From: Candidatus Eiseniibacteriota bacterium
GTDB lineage: Bacteria; Eisenbacteria; RBG-16-71-46; JABDJR01
Assembly: GCA_963762255.1 (NCBI GenBank)
Contig: CAVXKA010000002.1
Span: 768,001-832,000, forward strand
Length of the DNA stretch: 64,000 bases
Reading direction: 5' to 3'
The position numbers were made by a program, and so were the translations under genes. Positions 28,346 to 39,278 of this stretch are shown in pieces (position 1 is the first letter of the stretch; every line of letters begins with the position of its first letter). The notes under the pieces were generated by a model, which saw only the letters and a list, made by a program, of their open reading frames with translations, had not been told where the DNA came from and did no database searches.

Positions 28346-30298
28346 ATGAAGAGCTTCCCGTTCAAAGCCTGGATTTTGCCCCTGATCGTCGCCGCGACGG
28401 TCGCCGCCGGCGCCGTTCAAGGCCTCGCGCAGGAAGGGGCGGCGATCAGTAACGGCGACTGCGCCATGTGCCACAACGGAGACGACGCGAGCATTCCCGC
28501 CGTCACCGAAGCGTCCCTGAGCCAATCCTCGCACGCCGGCTTGAGCTGCATGGACTGCCACGCGGACATCGCCGAGATCCCCCACGCCGAGAAACTCGCG
28601 CGCGTTCAGTGCGGCACGTGTCACTCCAGCGAGAGCGAGACCTACACGCAGCACGGTCGCGGGATCGTCGGCACGACCGAGGATCTCCCCGAATGCCAGG
28701 ACTGCCACGGCTCACACAATATTCTTCCGTCCTCCGACAACCATTCGCAAGTCCACCCGACCAACCTGTCGCAGACGTGCGCCGTCTGTCACGCTAATCT
28801 GGACCTGGCCAAGAAGCACGACATCAAGCTCAAGCGTGCGGTGGCCGTTTACGAAGCGAGCGTTCACGGTCGGGCAGCCATGGGCGGCATCTACACCGCC
28901 GCCACCTGTACGGACTGCCACTCCACCGAGGGCACCGCCCATCGGATCCTCGGCCCCGGCGACGCCACATCCAGCATCAATCACTTCAACATCCCCAAGA
29001 CCTGCGGCAAGTGCCACCGAGGCATCGAGCAGGACTACGAGGAAGGTATCCACGGGCAGCTCGCCGCTCGCGGCGAGACCGACACGCCGGTATGCACGAC
29101 CTGCCACGGCGAGCATGGGATTCTCGCCACCGACGATCCGCGGTCCAATGTGAGCCCCACGCTCGTTGCCGAGGCAACCTGCGCGCCCTGCCATGAGTCG
29201 GCTCAGCTCAACGAGAAGTACGGTATTCCCGCCGGCCGCCTGGCCTCGTTCGTGGACTCCTATCACGGGTTGAAGAGCCGGTCCGGCGACCCCACCGTGG
29301 CCAACTGCGCGAGCTGCCATGGCGCTCATCGGATCCTGCCCAGCGCGAACCCGCAGTCGTCAATCTATCCCGCCAACCTCCAGAAGACCTGCGGCCATTG
29401 CCACCCGAACATCAGCACGCAACTTGCCCAAACCCAGATCCACAGCGCCAACGCGGGGCTGCAAACCGGGTGGTCGCGCTTCTTTGCGGTCGTGTACACG
29501 ATCCTCATCATCGCCGTGATCGGCGGCATGCTGGTCTACGTCCTGATCGACCTGCGCGCCCGGTACCGCGAAATGCTCGCCCGCCCGCAGATCCGACGCA
29601 TGGACACCAACGCGATCCTTCAGCACAGCGTGCTGACGGCCGCCTTCATCGTCCTCGTGGTCACCGGCTTCGCGCTCCGTTACTCGGAGGCCTGGATCTT
29701 CAATCACATCTTCGGCTGGGACGGCGGATTCCGGGTACGGGGCATCATCCACAGGTCGGCGGCGGTGTTGCTGGTGCTCGGCTCGCTCTGGCATCTGCTC
29801 TATCTGCGCACCCACAACGGTCGCAAGTTCGGCCGGGGAATGCTGCCGAGTCTGGAGGACGCGAAACAGCTCCTGCACATGGTCCAGTTCAACCTTGGGC
29901 GGCGCAAGGATCATCCGCACTTCGATCGCTTCACCTACGTGGAGAAGGCGGAGTACTGGGCGCTGATCTGGGGCACCGTGGTGATGGCCATCACCGGTTT
30001 CTTCCTCTGGTTCGACAACCTGGCGGTGAGCATCTTCCACAAGGGATTCCTGGACGTGATGCTAGTGATTCACTTCTACGAGGCGTGGCTGGCCACGCTG
30101 GCGATCGCCCTCTGGCATTTCTACTTCACCGTGTTCCGGCCGGGCGCGTATCCGGGGAACCCTGCCTGGGTCACGGGTAAGATGCCGGCGGATCTCTATC
30201 ACGACGAGCATCCCGCGGACACGTCGGCGCCGATGGCCGAACCGGCGCAGGAGCTCTATCCGGATCGCGCGGACGCCGCGGGGAAGAAGCAGGCCTAG
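28346..30298 (+). CDS. Multiheme cytochrome c (11 CxxCH) fused to a membrane cytochrome b domain, CbcL-like
   Basis: Signal peptide, 11 CxxCH, then TM helices with His ligands and EKAEYWALIWG (FdnI/HydC-type cytochrome b). Confidence 0.9.
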   Translation: MKSFPFKAWILPLIVAATVAAGAVQGLAQEGAAISNGDCAMCHNGDDASIPAVTEASLSQSSHAGLSCMDCHADIAEIPHAEKLARVQCGTCHSSESETYTQHGRGIVGTTEDLPECQDCHGSHNILPSSDNHSQVHPTNLSQTCAVCHANLDLAKKHDIKLKRAVAVYEASVHGRAAMGGIYTAATCTDCHSTEGTAHRILGPGDATSSINHFNIPKTCGKCHRGIEQDYEEGIHGQLAARGETDTPVCTTCHGEHGILATDDPRSNVSPTLVAEATCAPCHESAQLNEKYGIPAGRLASFVDSYHGLKSRSGDPTVANCASCHGAHRILPSANPQSSIYPANLQKTCGHCHPNISTQLAQTQIHSANAGLQTGWSRFFAVVYTILIIAVIGGMLVYVLIDLRARYREMLARPQIRRMDTNAILQHSVLTAAFIVLVVTGFALRYSEAWIFNHIFGWDGGFRVRGIIHRSAAVLLVLGSLWHLLYLRTHNGRKFGRGMLPSLEDAKQLLHMVQFNLGRRKDHPHFDRFTYVEKAEYWALIWGTVVMAITGFFLWFDNLAVSIFHKGFLDVMLVIHFYEAWLATLAIALWHFYFTVFRPGAYPGNPAWVTGKMPADLYHDEHPADTSAPMAEPAQELYPDRADAAGKKQA

Positions 30299-30322
30299 TC
30301 GCCCATTCGCGGTTGGACGTGC

Positions 30323-30352
30323 CGAGGGCCCGGCGGCAACGCCGGGCCCTCG
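30323..30352 (+). terminator. GC-rich hairpin after the cytochrome gene
   Basis: CGAGGGCCCGGCG-GCAA-CGCCGGGCCCTCG. Confidence 0.6.
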
Positions 30353-30371
30353 CATTTCCGGGCGGCAAGGA

Positions 30372-30405
30372 CCGGGTGATCACCCGGGTGAGCATCTGGG
30401 TGAGC
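30372..30405. repeat. Degenerate 12-bp tandem of the TGATCA/CCCGGG family
   Basis: CCGGGTGATCAC-CCGGGTGAGCAT-CTGGGTGAGC. Confidence 0.85.
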
Positions 30406-30416
30406 GTGAGCTGCGG

Positions 30417-32746
30417 CTAGTGATAGAGCGTATTGATCCGATTCCAGGTCGCTGTTTGGGGTGCCACCGCATCGCAGCCGGCAGTCGGGAACGCCCCGAT
30501 GGGCCCGGCTGGATGCAGGAGGGCGGGAGAGTTGGCCGCCAGGGAGTAGTCACCGCTGCTCACACCTCTGTCGCAGAACAGCGGATCGGCGGCGAGGTTG
30601 CCGCTGATGCTCGTCCAGTCCGCGCAGAAGCCGTTGCCGTCACCGCCCACGTTGGACCACGCCAGATTGTTGCGGATCTCGAACGTGGCGACCGATTCGC
30701 AGCGGATGCCGCCGCCGTAGGTCGAGTAGGCGATGATGTTGTTCTCGATGAGCTTGGGGCCGGCCTTGAGCAGGGCGATCCCGCCGCCGCCCCACGTGGG
30801 GTCCGACTTGCCGCGGGCGTCATTGAATACGATCGTGTTGTGGTGGACCCAGTAGGATCCTCCATAGAGCCAAATGCCGCCGCCGCTGAATTGCACATGC
30901 CCGCCCCCCAAAGCCTTGTTGCCAAGGATGAGGTTTCCCGCGATCTCCATCTCTCCGGACGGCGTCCCGAGTGCGCAATGAACACCGCCGCCATGATCGC
31001 CAGCCTTGTTCCCAAGGATACGGTTGTCGAGGATGGAGACATTGATTTGGTACCACGGCAGGTAGGCCCAGATCCCTCCTCCATCTCCGTTGGCAGACTC
31101 GTTTCCGTCGATGACGTTGCCACGAATGACACCGGAGCCCTCAAGCCCGATACCCCCTCCGTTGGAGGTTGCCCGATTCAAGCGGATCACGTTGTTCTCA
31201 ATCAGTGGCCCAAGCGGTACGTCCGACGCCAAGATCCCCCCCCCCACATCCCGACGGTGTTCTTCTCGATGACATTGCCTCGGATCGTCGGGCCGCAATA
31301 GAGAATCAAGACCCCCCCCCCCATTCGGTAGTCGTCGCCGGTGGCACCGTCCATGAGGTCCCCCACACCCCCCGTGATCGTGAACCCTTCGATCACGGCT
31401 CCGCGCCCCTCTCCGTTCCGGAACACCACCACGCTTCCCCGCTTGTGGCTCCCATCCAGGATGGTCACCTCCGGTCCGGCCTGGCTCCGCACCACGATGT
31501 TCTTCCCGTTGTAGTTCAGGTTCTCGTAGTAACGCCCCGGCATCACCAGCACGGTGTCTCCAATGGCCGCGCTGTCGATCCCCGCCTGCACCGTCGGGGC
31601 ATCCCCCAATCCGTCCGCCCGGATGAGCCAGGTGAGCTGCGGTCGCTCCACGAACCCGGACGCCCCATTCGAGAACGCGCCCCGATTCCCGGCGAGGTCC
31701 GTGGCCCGCACCGCGAACCACAGCGTCTTCGGACCGGGCAGGTCCGATACCGTCGCCGTCTGCGTCACCCCGGGATGCACGATGGACACGGATGCCTGGA
31801 CGGAACCCGCCACCTGCCAGTCTGCTTCATCCTCAATCCGGCTCTCCGCATAGCGGATCTCGTAGCCGTCTACCTTGGCTTCGTCCCCGTCGTTGCCCGG
31901 CGCCGTCCAGCGCAGCGTGGCGGTCCGGGTCCCGGTCTCGACCACCTCCAGGTCCGTGATCGTCGCCGGGGCCACCGTATCGGCGGGAAGAGTCGCCTCA
32001 GCATCGTTCGAGACCCCGCTCCCCCGCGACACGTTGTCCCGGGCGCGCAGAGCCAGGTGGACCGTCGTTCCCGGCGTGAGTCCCGTCACGCGAACGTGCT
32101 CCAGGGATCCACCGGGGAGCGGAGTGCCCGACACCGTCACCGGCTGCGCGCTCACCCACGTCGCCTCGGTGATCGGGGACGGGGAGACCCGTACCTCGTA
32201 GGTGGCCGCGGTTCCCGAGAGGCTGTCATCCCCCGGAGCCGTGAACACCAGGGTCACCGCGTGGGGAGCCGGAAGGGTTATGGTGAGGTCGGTCACCCGG
32301 GCCGGTGGCGCGGAGTCCGCGGTCTCGACCTCGACCGTGTTGGAGAACACGGACCAGTTGCCGTCGTCGTCCGCGGTGCGCAGGGCGAAGGTGTGGGTCA
32401 CCCCAAAGGTGAGCCCACCAACCACGGCGCTGTCCGGTTCTCCAGGCTTGGATGGATGTGGGATGTCGGCGTCAGCAGGGGCAGCGGATAGCCAATCCGA
32501 GGGAGGCGGCGCCGTCGACACGCGCAGATCGTACTCGGCCGCTTGCCCGCGGTCGCCATCATCGCCGGGGGCGGTCCAGACCAGGACCGCCGTGGTCTCG
32601 GTGAACGCTTCCACCCGCAGGTCCGTCACTTGCGCGGGGGGCGTCGTGTCCGGGGCTTCGGAGGAGCAGGCGTGCATCGCTAGCGACACAAACGCGAGGC
32701 CGACCGCGAGGACGATGCTGATCTCCGTGGACTTATGGACGTTCAT
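30417..32746 (-). CDS. Surface lipoprotein: 3x FN3-like (TAPGDD) domains, parallel beta-helix, TWNRINTLYH tail; frameshift in a G10 run
   Basis: Lipobox-like AMHAC; ORF 31202..32746 continues into the frame of ORF 30417..31721 across the C10 run at 31236-31245 (GGGI repeats, ADPLFCD, LAANSPAL). Confidence 0.82.
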
Positions 32747-32799
32747 GACTCGAAGGGTACCGCCATGTCCAGTTCGTGTCGATCCGCGCTGATGCGCCG

Positions 32800-32849
32800 G
32801 TGCTCACCCGGGTGATCATCACGCGTTGAGCGAGTCCAGCCGGCTGGAC
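32800..32849. repeat. Palindromic elements GTGCTCACCCGGGTGATCA and GTCCAGCCGGCTGGAC
   Basis: First element is identical to 21737-21755; second is a covariant of the 5091-5108 palindrome. Confidence 0.85.
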
Positions 32850-32990
32850 AGGTGCACGCGCGGGGCGGGACGGCGACTGCCGCGAGCGCGAGGCTCGCCG
32901 TACGCGCGCAGCGGACGGGCGCTTCAGCGGGACCCGTTCGCGAGCACGCACGGCGACATCGCGCGAAGCGGCGCGCGCCGTCCGTCGACG

Positions 32991-35768
32991 CTACTTATAC
33001 CCGAACAGCACCGAGTAGATGATCAGCCCGATGATGAGGATCCCCACCCCGAGGAAGATCGATCCCATCACACGAATCACCACTTCTCGCCGGTGCGAGA
33101 TCGTCTTCTTCACGACCCGCTTGGCCAGTTCCCCGGACGCCCGCATCTCCGCGTACTCCGCCGGCCGATCGTGCTTGTATTCCTCGAGCGGAACGACGCC
33201 GGTGAAGACCACGGTGTCCATCGGGAACGCCTCCGGACGGAGATGGGTGTTGAAGAAGTGGACCGTGAAGATGAAGCCGACGGCGAGCAGCGCCTCGTCG
33301 CTGTGGATGATGGTGGCCACGTTGATGAGCCGGCCGGGCAGGAACTTGGTGAAGATCTCGGGGAACCAGAGCATCAGCCCCGAGAGCCCGATCACCGCCA
33401 CGCCCCAGAAGACCGCCAGATAGTCGAACTTCTCCCAGTAGGTCCAGCGCCCGTACTGCGGCCGCGGTCCGCGTCCGACGAACCACTTGAGCGTTCCCCA
33501 GAAGTCCCTCAAGTCCTTCATGTTCGGCGCCATGGAGTTCTTGCCGAGAAGAAGTTGCTTCAGGCTCATCCGCCGCTGCCGCTTGAGTCGCGCCAGCATC
33601 ACGAGGTGCAACGCGAAGTAGCCGAACGTGACCACGGCGGCCATCCGGTGAATCGTGCCAGCCACCTTGACCCCGCCCAGCAGGTTGGCGATGAACCCGG
33701 CCCATGCCATCGACGAGAACTTGAGCATCATCCCGGTCAAGGCCAGCGAGAGGAAGCTCACGATGACCAGGAGATGCGTGAAGCGCTGTGCGGCGGTGAA
33801 GCGCTGGATGTAGTAGCGCGTCTCCCCCTCGGTCTCCTTCCGCTTCTTCCGCTCGCGGTAGGCCTGGAAGGATCGAGGCAGCCACGCCGCGGTGTGGAGC
33901 CCGAAGAACCCGAACACTCCCACCAGCAGCAGCGTCATCGCCCAATACGTGTAGTAGAGCGCGGGGTACTTCTTCTTGTCGTGGTGGGTGGCGTGGGTCA
34001 GGTATCCGGTGAAGCGCACCGACGCGTCGGAGTGGCACTTCTTGCACGTCGACACGATATTGTGGAGCCCCACCGAAGACTCAGGATTGTCGATCCCCAG
34101 GATCTCGTGGGCCCCATGGCAGTCCGAGCACTTGGCCGCCTGCAGGTACCCCAACTGGTAGGCCTTGCCGTGCATGGTCTGAAGGTAGGTCTTGCCCAGC
34201 TCCTCGTGGCAGCTCCCGCACTGAAAGGTCACCTCGGTCATGAACTGATCGCGCTCGACGTTCGTGATCTTGTGCGAGTGGTGGCAGTCGGTGCAGCTCG
34301 GGAGCTTCTCGACGTTCTTCCCCTCCGGCGAGTAGTGGATGCTCTTTACGTACTCCTTGTAGATGCCGCGATGGCAGCCGGCGCAGGTGGCGGGGATGTT
34401 CTTCTTGCTGACCGTCGAGCGCGGGTCGGTGTGCTTGAGCACCATATGGGGCGTGTGACAGTCGATGCAGATGGCGCTGGGAAGCAGTCCCTTTTCGCTG
34501 AGTCCGCGACCGTGGACGCTCTTCGAGTAGTCGGCTAGCGCCGAGGTCTCGCTGAGTTCCGCTGCCTCACCGGCCTTGCCCCCTTCACGGTGGCACTCTC
34601 CGCACAAGGCCGGCACCGACGCCCGGTAGGTTGGGGACTGCTCGTCCTGGCGCGGCTTGACGCCGTGCGTGCCGTGGCACGTCGTGCAGTACGGGGCCTG
34701 CTTGACCTTGTTGGCGAAGGCCTGCCCGTGTCCGCTCAGGTTGTACTCGTCCGAGACCTTGGCGTGGCAGTTCGAGCATTCCGCGCGACCGGCCGTCTCG
34801 CACGGGCGCTTGAGTCGGGGATCGACGTCGTTGTGGCACTTCACGCACGGAATCGTGCTGTGGACGGACCCGCCGGTTTCCGCCTTGTTCACGTACAGCG
34901 ACAGCGTGTCCCCGTCGGCGATCTTGCGCAGTGTCGGCTGCTCGTGACACTTCATGCAATCCCGGTCGTCGAGGGTGAGGGCCACGTTCTCCTTGCGCAC
35001 CTTGTGCGGCAGGTGGCAATCGACGCAGGCCGGAATCGCTCCCGGGGCCTTCTCCCACAGCTCGCCGCGGATGACCTTGACGTGCACCTCCTCGATGCGG
35101 CTGTGGCACTTCATGCAAGCCTTGGCGATGTTGCGGGGCGAGATGGAGGATCGCGGGTCGGTATGCGGCAGAACGGAGTGGCTCGTGTGACAGTCGTTGC
35201 AGGTCGCGGAGACAATCAGCCCCTTCTTGAACAGGGCCTCGCCGTGGATGCTCTCGCTGTAGTTCTCGATGATGTTGTGCTCGGAGATTTCGTACGTGCG
35301 GGCGACCGGCGCCCCTTCCTTGTGACAGCCGCCACAGAGGTAAGGGATGTTCATCTTGTAGGTCTTGGCTCCGGGATCCTTGGGACTGAAGATGTCGTGG
35401 GTGCCGTGGCAATCCCTGCAGCTCGGAGCGTAGGGTTCCTTGTTGCGGAGTGCCTGACCGTGGATGCTGGCGTCGAAGTCGGCCTGGACGTCGTCGTGGC
35501 AGTTGCCGCAGAAGACCTTCTCCAGCCGCTCGGGATGGGGGAAATCCTCCACATCGGCGTCGACATGGCAGCCCACGCACTCGAGATCTTTGTGCACCGA
35601 GGAAGCGAAGATTCCGGAATCCACGAACAGCGAAACGGTCTCTCCCCCGCGCTTGGTCGCGAGCGACGCGTCGGAGTGGCAGTCCAGACACGTCGAGTTC
35701 TCCACGCTTGCATGCGCCGTAGTCGCAAATATCGCGGCATAGAGGACGAAGATGAGGGCGAGTCTCAT
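32991..35768 (-). CDS. Multiheme cytochrome c (19 CxxCH) fused to a membrane cytochrome b domain, CbcL-like
   Basis: Signal peptide, 19 CxxCH, C-terminal TM domain with [26 protein letters not shown]; alternative starts 35783 and 35801. Confidence 0.9.
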   Translation of the reverse strand: MRLALIFVLYAAIFATTAHASVENSTCLDCHSDASLATKRGGETVSLFVDSGIFASSVHKDLECVGCHVDADVEDFPHPERLEKVFCGNCHDDVQADFDASIHGQALRNKEPYAPSCRDCHGTHDIFSPKDPGAKTYKMNIPYLCGGCHKEGAPVARTYEISEHNIIENYSESIHGEALFKKGLIVSATCNDCHTSHSVLPHTDPRSSISPRNIAKACMKCHSRIEEVHVKVIRGELWEKAPGAIPACVDCHLPHKVRKENVALTLDDRDCMKCHEQPTLRKIADGDTLSLYVNKAETGGSVHSTIPCVKCHNDVDPRLKRPCETAGRAECSNCHAKVSDEYNLSGHGQAFANKVKQAPYCTTCHGTHGVKPRQDEQSPTYRASVPALCGECHREGGKAGEAAELSETSALADYSKSVHGRGLSEKGLLPSAICIDCHTPHMVLKHTDPRSTVSKKNIPATCAGCHRGIYKEYVKSIHYSPEGKNVEKLPSCTDCHHSHKITNVERDQFMTEVTFQCGSCHEELGKTYLQTMHGKAYQLGYLQAAKCSDCHGAHEILGIDNPESSVGLHNIVSTCKKCHSDASVRFTGYLTHATHHDKKKYPALYYTYWAMTLLLVGVFGFFGLHTAAWLPRSFQAYRERKKRKETEGETRYYIQRFTAAQRFTHLLVIVSFLSLALTGMMLKFSSMAWAGFIANLLGGVKVAGTIHRMAAVVTFGYFALHLVMLARLKRQRRMSLKQLLLGKNSMAPNMKDLRDFWGTLKWFVGRGPRPQYGRWTYWEKFDYLAVFWGVAVIGLSGLMLWFPEIFTKFLPGRLINVATIIHSDEALLAVGFIFTVHFFNTHLRPEAFPMDTVVFTGVVPLEEYKHDRPAEYAEMRASGELAKRVVKKTISHRREVVIRVMGSIFLGVGILIIGLIIYSVLFGYK

Positions 35769-35906
35769 CCTTCCTGACTTCATCGGTCTACATACCCGCA
35801 TAGCCGGAATCTCCAGTGCTGTGGTCGATGGTCGTGGCCACCCGGCGAACCTCCCCCCCCGGCGCGGGCCCTAGTGTATTGACTCGCAAGCAGTTCGACC
35901 CCCCCT

Positions 35907-35922
35907 TGAATACGCATATTCA
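35907..35922. promoter_or_regulatory. Inverted repeat in the divergent promoter region, putative operator
   Basis: TGAATA-CGCA-TATTCA. Confidence 0.35.
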
Positions 35923-35994
35923 CATTTGGAAAGCGGGCCGATCGGCCTCCATGCCGTAGTTTGTTGAGGCACCCTGATGGGGGAGGAGCGAACG

Positions 35995-36927
35995 ATGAAG
36001 CGACGGGACTTCTTGGCGACGGTTGGGGGGGCCTGTGCCGCCGGCATGGCAGCGGGAAAGGCGGAAGCCTCATCATCTCCCCATGCGCACGTAAAGGACC
36101 CATTGGGGGTCCTCATAGATGCTACGAAGTGCATAGGCTGCCGGAAGTGCGAGTGGGCCTGCAACCAGGCCAATAACCTCCCCGTGCAACCCCTTCCCAC
36201 CTTCGAGGACAAATCGGTCTTCAAGGAGATGCGCCGACCGGACGCCGGCCACTACACAGTGGTGAACCAGTTCGAAGGCGCTCCGGGGAGCGACAGGCCG
36301 CTGTGGGTCAAGGTGCAGTGCATGCACTGCAACGACCCGGCCTGCTGGTCGGCGTGCATCGTGACCGCATTTGACAAGCATGAGAACGGCGCCGTTACCT
36401 ATGACGCGTGGCGATGCATGGGTTGCCGCTACTGCATGGTGTCCTGCCCGTTCCAGATTCCGGCATACGAGTACGAGAACCCGCTGACCCCCCAGATACG
36501 CAAGTGCACCTTCTGCTACGAGCGCATCGCCAAGGAGGGCGGCGTTCCCGCCTGCGTCGAGATCTGCCCGCCCCAATGCCTGATCTTTGGAAAGCGCAGT
36601 CAGCTACTCGAACTCGCTCACAATCGGATCGGCAACGAGCCGGATCGCTACGTGGACCATGTCTATGGAGAGCACGAAGTGGGCGGCACCTCGTGGCTCT
36701 ATCTCTCCAGCGTGCCGTTTGCGGAGCTCGGCCTGCCGACGCTGGGAACAGAGGCGCCCCCGCGGCTCACCGAGACCATCCAGCACGGCGTGTTCAAGAA
36801 CTTCGTTCCTCCGCTCGCGCTGTTCGCTTTCCTGGGAGGGATCATGCGGCTCTTCCGCCCGGAGAAGGACAAGGAAGAGTCACCTGAGACGGGACGCCCT
36901 AAGGCGGGGATGGGAGGCAAGTCGTGA
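35995..36927 (+). CDS. Tat-exported 4x[4Fe-4S] protein, HybA/HmcB/NrfC-like
   Basis: MKRRDFL twin-Arg signal; CIGCRKC, CMHC..PAC, CMGCRYC, KCTFC; C-terminal TM. Confidence 0.92.
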   Translation: MKRRDFLATVGGACAAGMAAGKAEASSSPHAHVKDPLGVLIDATKCIGCRKCEWACNQANNLPVQPLPTFEDKSVFKEMRRPDAGHYTVVNQFEGAPGSDRPLWVKVQCMHCNDPACWSACIVTAFDKHENGAVTYDAWRCMGCRYCMVSCPFQIPAYEYENPLTPQIRKCTFCYERIAKEGGVPACVEICPPQCLIFGKRSQLLELAHNRIGNEPDRYVDHVYGEHEVGGTSWLYLSSVPFAELGLPTLGTEAPPRLTETIQHGVFKNFVPPLALFAFLGGIMRLFRPEKDKEESPETGRPKAGMGGKS

Positions 36928-38132
36928 GCACCCACGAGATCGCGGCACCGGTCAAGAAGCCCCTCTTCACACGAGGGGTGTTCGTACTCCTCGCCCTCAT
37001 GGCCATCGGCTTCGCGTTCGCCCTCGCCCGTTTCCTGATGGGCTTCAAGGCCGTCACCAACCTGAGCGACCAGTACCCGTGGGGGATCTGGATCGCGATC
37101 GATGTGGCTACCGGCGTGGCCCTGGCCGCCGGCGGGTTCACGTCGGCCGCGCTGGCCCACATCTTCCATCGTGAGCACTACGAGGCGATCACGCGGCCCG
37201 CTCTCCTCACCGCACTCCTCGGTTACACCTTCGTCGTCCTTGGGCTGCTGGTCGACCTGGGGCGCTACTACAACGTCTGGCACCCCATGCTGCCGACGAT
37301 GTGGTCCGGTCACTCGGTGCTGTTCGAGGTGGGCATGTGCGTGATGGTATACCTCACCGTGCTCTACATCGAATTCGTTCCGATGGTGGTCGAGCGGTTC
37401 AAGGGTCGGGTGAACATGCCGGGAGCCTTCCGAGGCCTCAACCGCCCCTTCGAGGGCCTGATGAGACTGTTCGACGCGACCTTCGGTCGCGCGATGTTCA
37501 TCTTCATCATCATGGGCGTCGTGCTCTCCTGCCTGCACCAGTCCTCGCTCGGCGGGCTCATGCTGCTGGCCAAGTACAAGATGCACCCCCTGTGGTGGAC
37601 GCCGATCCTTCCGTTGCTTTTCCTCATGTCCGCGATCTCGGTGGGCTATCCGATGGTCATCTTCGAATCGATGATTGCGTCACGGATTTTCGGCAGAAAG
37701 CCGGAAATGCACATTCTGGCTCCCCTCGGCAGGATCGTCGCCGTCATCCTCTTCCTCTACTTCGCTTTCAAGATCGGCGACATGACGCTGCGCGGGACCG
37801 GGAAGTACCTCCTCGAGGGAAGCACCCAGTCCACCATGTTCATCCTAGAACTCGGCCTGGGGGTGGTCCTCCCCATGGTGCTTCTGGCGTCCAGGCGTGC
37901 GCGCAACTCGCCCAAACTCCTCTTCACCGCCGCCACGCTGGTGGTGCTGGGAGTCGCGTTCAATCGGATCAACGTATTCCTGACCGCCTACACCCCGGTG
38001 TACAAGACGGAGCAGTACTTTCCCAGCATCGGTGAGATCGCAGTCACGGTGGGCCTCATGTCGGGGCTCATGTTCGTCTATCGAGTGCTGGTCACGATCT
38101 TCCCGATCCTGCCTCGGGAAGAGCATGTCTGA
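36924..38132 (+). CDS. NrfD/HybB/HmcC-family quinol-interacting membrane subunit
   Basis: TNLSDQYPWGIWI, ALAAGGF, DLGRY, SVLFEV, HQSSLG; about 10 TM helices. Confidence 0.92.
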   Translation: MSTHEIAAPVKKPLFTRGVFVLLALMAIGFAFALARFLMGFKAVTNLSDQYPWGIWIAIDVATGVALAAGGFTSAALAHIFHREHYEAITRPALLTALLGYTFVVLGLLVDLGRYYNVWHPMLPTMWSGHSVLFEVGMCVMVYLTVLYIEFVPMVVERFKGRVNMPGAFRGLNRPFEGLMRLFDATFGRAMFIFIIMGVVLSCLHQSSLGGLMLLAKYKMHPLWWTPILPLLFLMSAISVGYPMVIFESMIASRIFGRKPEMHILAPLGRIVAVILFLYFAFKIGDMTLRGTGKYLLEGSTQSTMFILELGLGVVLPMVLLASRRARNSPKLLFTAATLVVLGVAFNRINVFLTAYTPVYKTEQYFPSIGEIAVTVGLMSGLMFVYRVLVTIFPILPREEHV

Positions 38133-38156
38133 CGGCCTGGGAAAGGGAGAGGGACG

Positions 38157-39278
38157 ATGAAGAAGTTGGCGGCGGCGATCCTCGCGGGGGTCGCTCTGTG
38201 CCTGTTCTACCTAGCGGCCCCGGCGACAGCCCCCGCTCAGAATCCGCACGGGAACGGCATCGATTGCAAGCAGTGCCACTCGTGCTCCAAACCCACTAAG
38301 GCCAACCCGTGTCTCAAGATGTGCCCCAGGCCCACGACCCCGGTCGTGGGCCAGAAGAACAAGGGGCCGGATGTGGTGATTCTCGATGAACTCGAGGATC
38401 TCTATGTCCCGGTTCGCTTCGACCACAAGGCCCACGCCGGCATGTCGGGAATGGCCAAGGGCTGCGACGCGTGCCACCACTACACGCCGGCCAACACCGA
38501 ACACCCCACCTGCAAGAGCTGCCACCCGGTGGACATCATCCACGAGGACATTTCGCAGCCGGGGCTCAAGGGCGCCTACCACCGGCAGTGCCTGAGCTGC
38601 CACAGCGAGTGGGATCACCAGACCAAGTGCGAGACCTGCCACGAGAAGAAGGCCGGGGGGCGGTTGCAGGGTACCGCCACGGACGTATGCGAGCACAGCC
38701 ACTACGAGCCGGTGGCGCTCGAAGAGCTGATCGTCTTCCCGACCAAGTACGCACCCGGAGACAAGGTCCCCTTCCACCATCGCAGCCACAGCCAGAAGTA
38801 CGAGCGGGACTGCACCGAATGTCACCAGCAGCAGAGCTGCACGCGCTGCCACGTGCAGGGGGGCGAATTGCACCCGATGGGCGACCTCGCCAAGGTGAAT
38901 CTCCACGATACCTGCTTCAAGTGCCACGACGGAGAGCGGTGCAAGGACTGCCACGGGCGGAGCTCGGAGAAGCTCTTCCAGCATTCGGAGACCGGATGGC
39001 CGCTCAAGTCCTACCACGCAGGTCTGCACTGCAAGGACTGTCACGGCACCGCCGGGGTGATCCGCAGCCTGGACAACCGGTGTGTGTCCTGTCACCCGGC
39101 AGGATGGGACGCGAAGAAGTTCGATCATCGCGTCACCGGGGCGGTTCTTGACGATGTGCACCGCGAGGCCGACTGCGAAGCCTGCCACGCGACAGGCCCC
39201 GGTTCGAAGCCGACCTGCGACGGGTGCCACGACGATGGCCGGAGCTACTCGAAGACGACGGGGTTCGGGAAGGGCTAG
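38157..39278 (+). CDS. Periplasmic multiheme cytochrome c (13 CxxCH, class III/c3-like)
   Basis: Signal peptide; FDHKAH, GAYHRQC, FHHRSH; 13 CxxCH. Confidence 0.9.
   Translation: MKKLAAAILAGVALCLFYLAAPATAPAQNPHGNGIDCKQCHSCSKPTKANPCLKMCPRPTTPVVGQKNKGPDVVILDELEDLYVPVRFDHKAHAGMSGMAKGCDACHHYTPANTEHPTCKSCHPVDIIHEDISQPGLKGAYHRQCLSCHSEWDHQTKCETCHEKKAGGRLQGTATDVCEHSHYEPVALEELIVFPTKYAPGDKVPFHHRSHSQKYERDCTECHQQQSCTRCHVQGGELHPMGDLAKVNLHDTCFKCHDGERCKDCHGRSSEKLFQHSETGWPLKSYHAGLHCKDCHGTAGVIRSLDNRCVSCHPAGWDAKKFDHRVTGAVLDDVHREADCEACHATGPGSKPTCDGCHDDGRSYSKTTGFGKG

Noticed and set aside
35995-38132. Hydrogenase-2 operon
   Set aside because: No small or large NiFe subunits or maturation genes are adjacent
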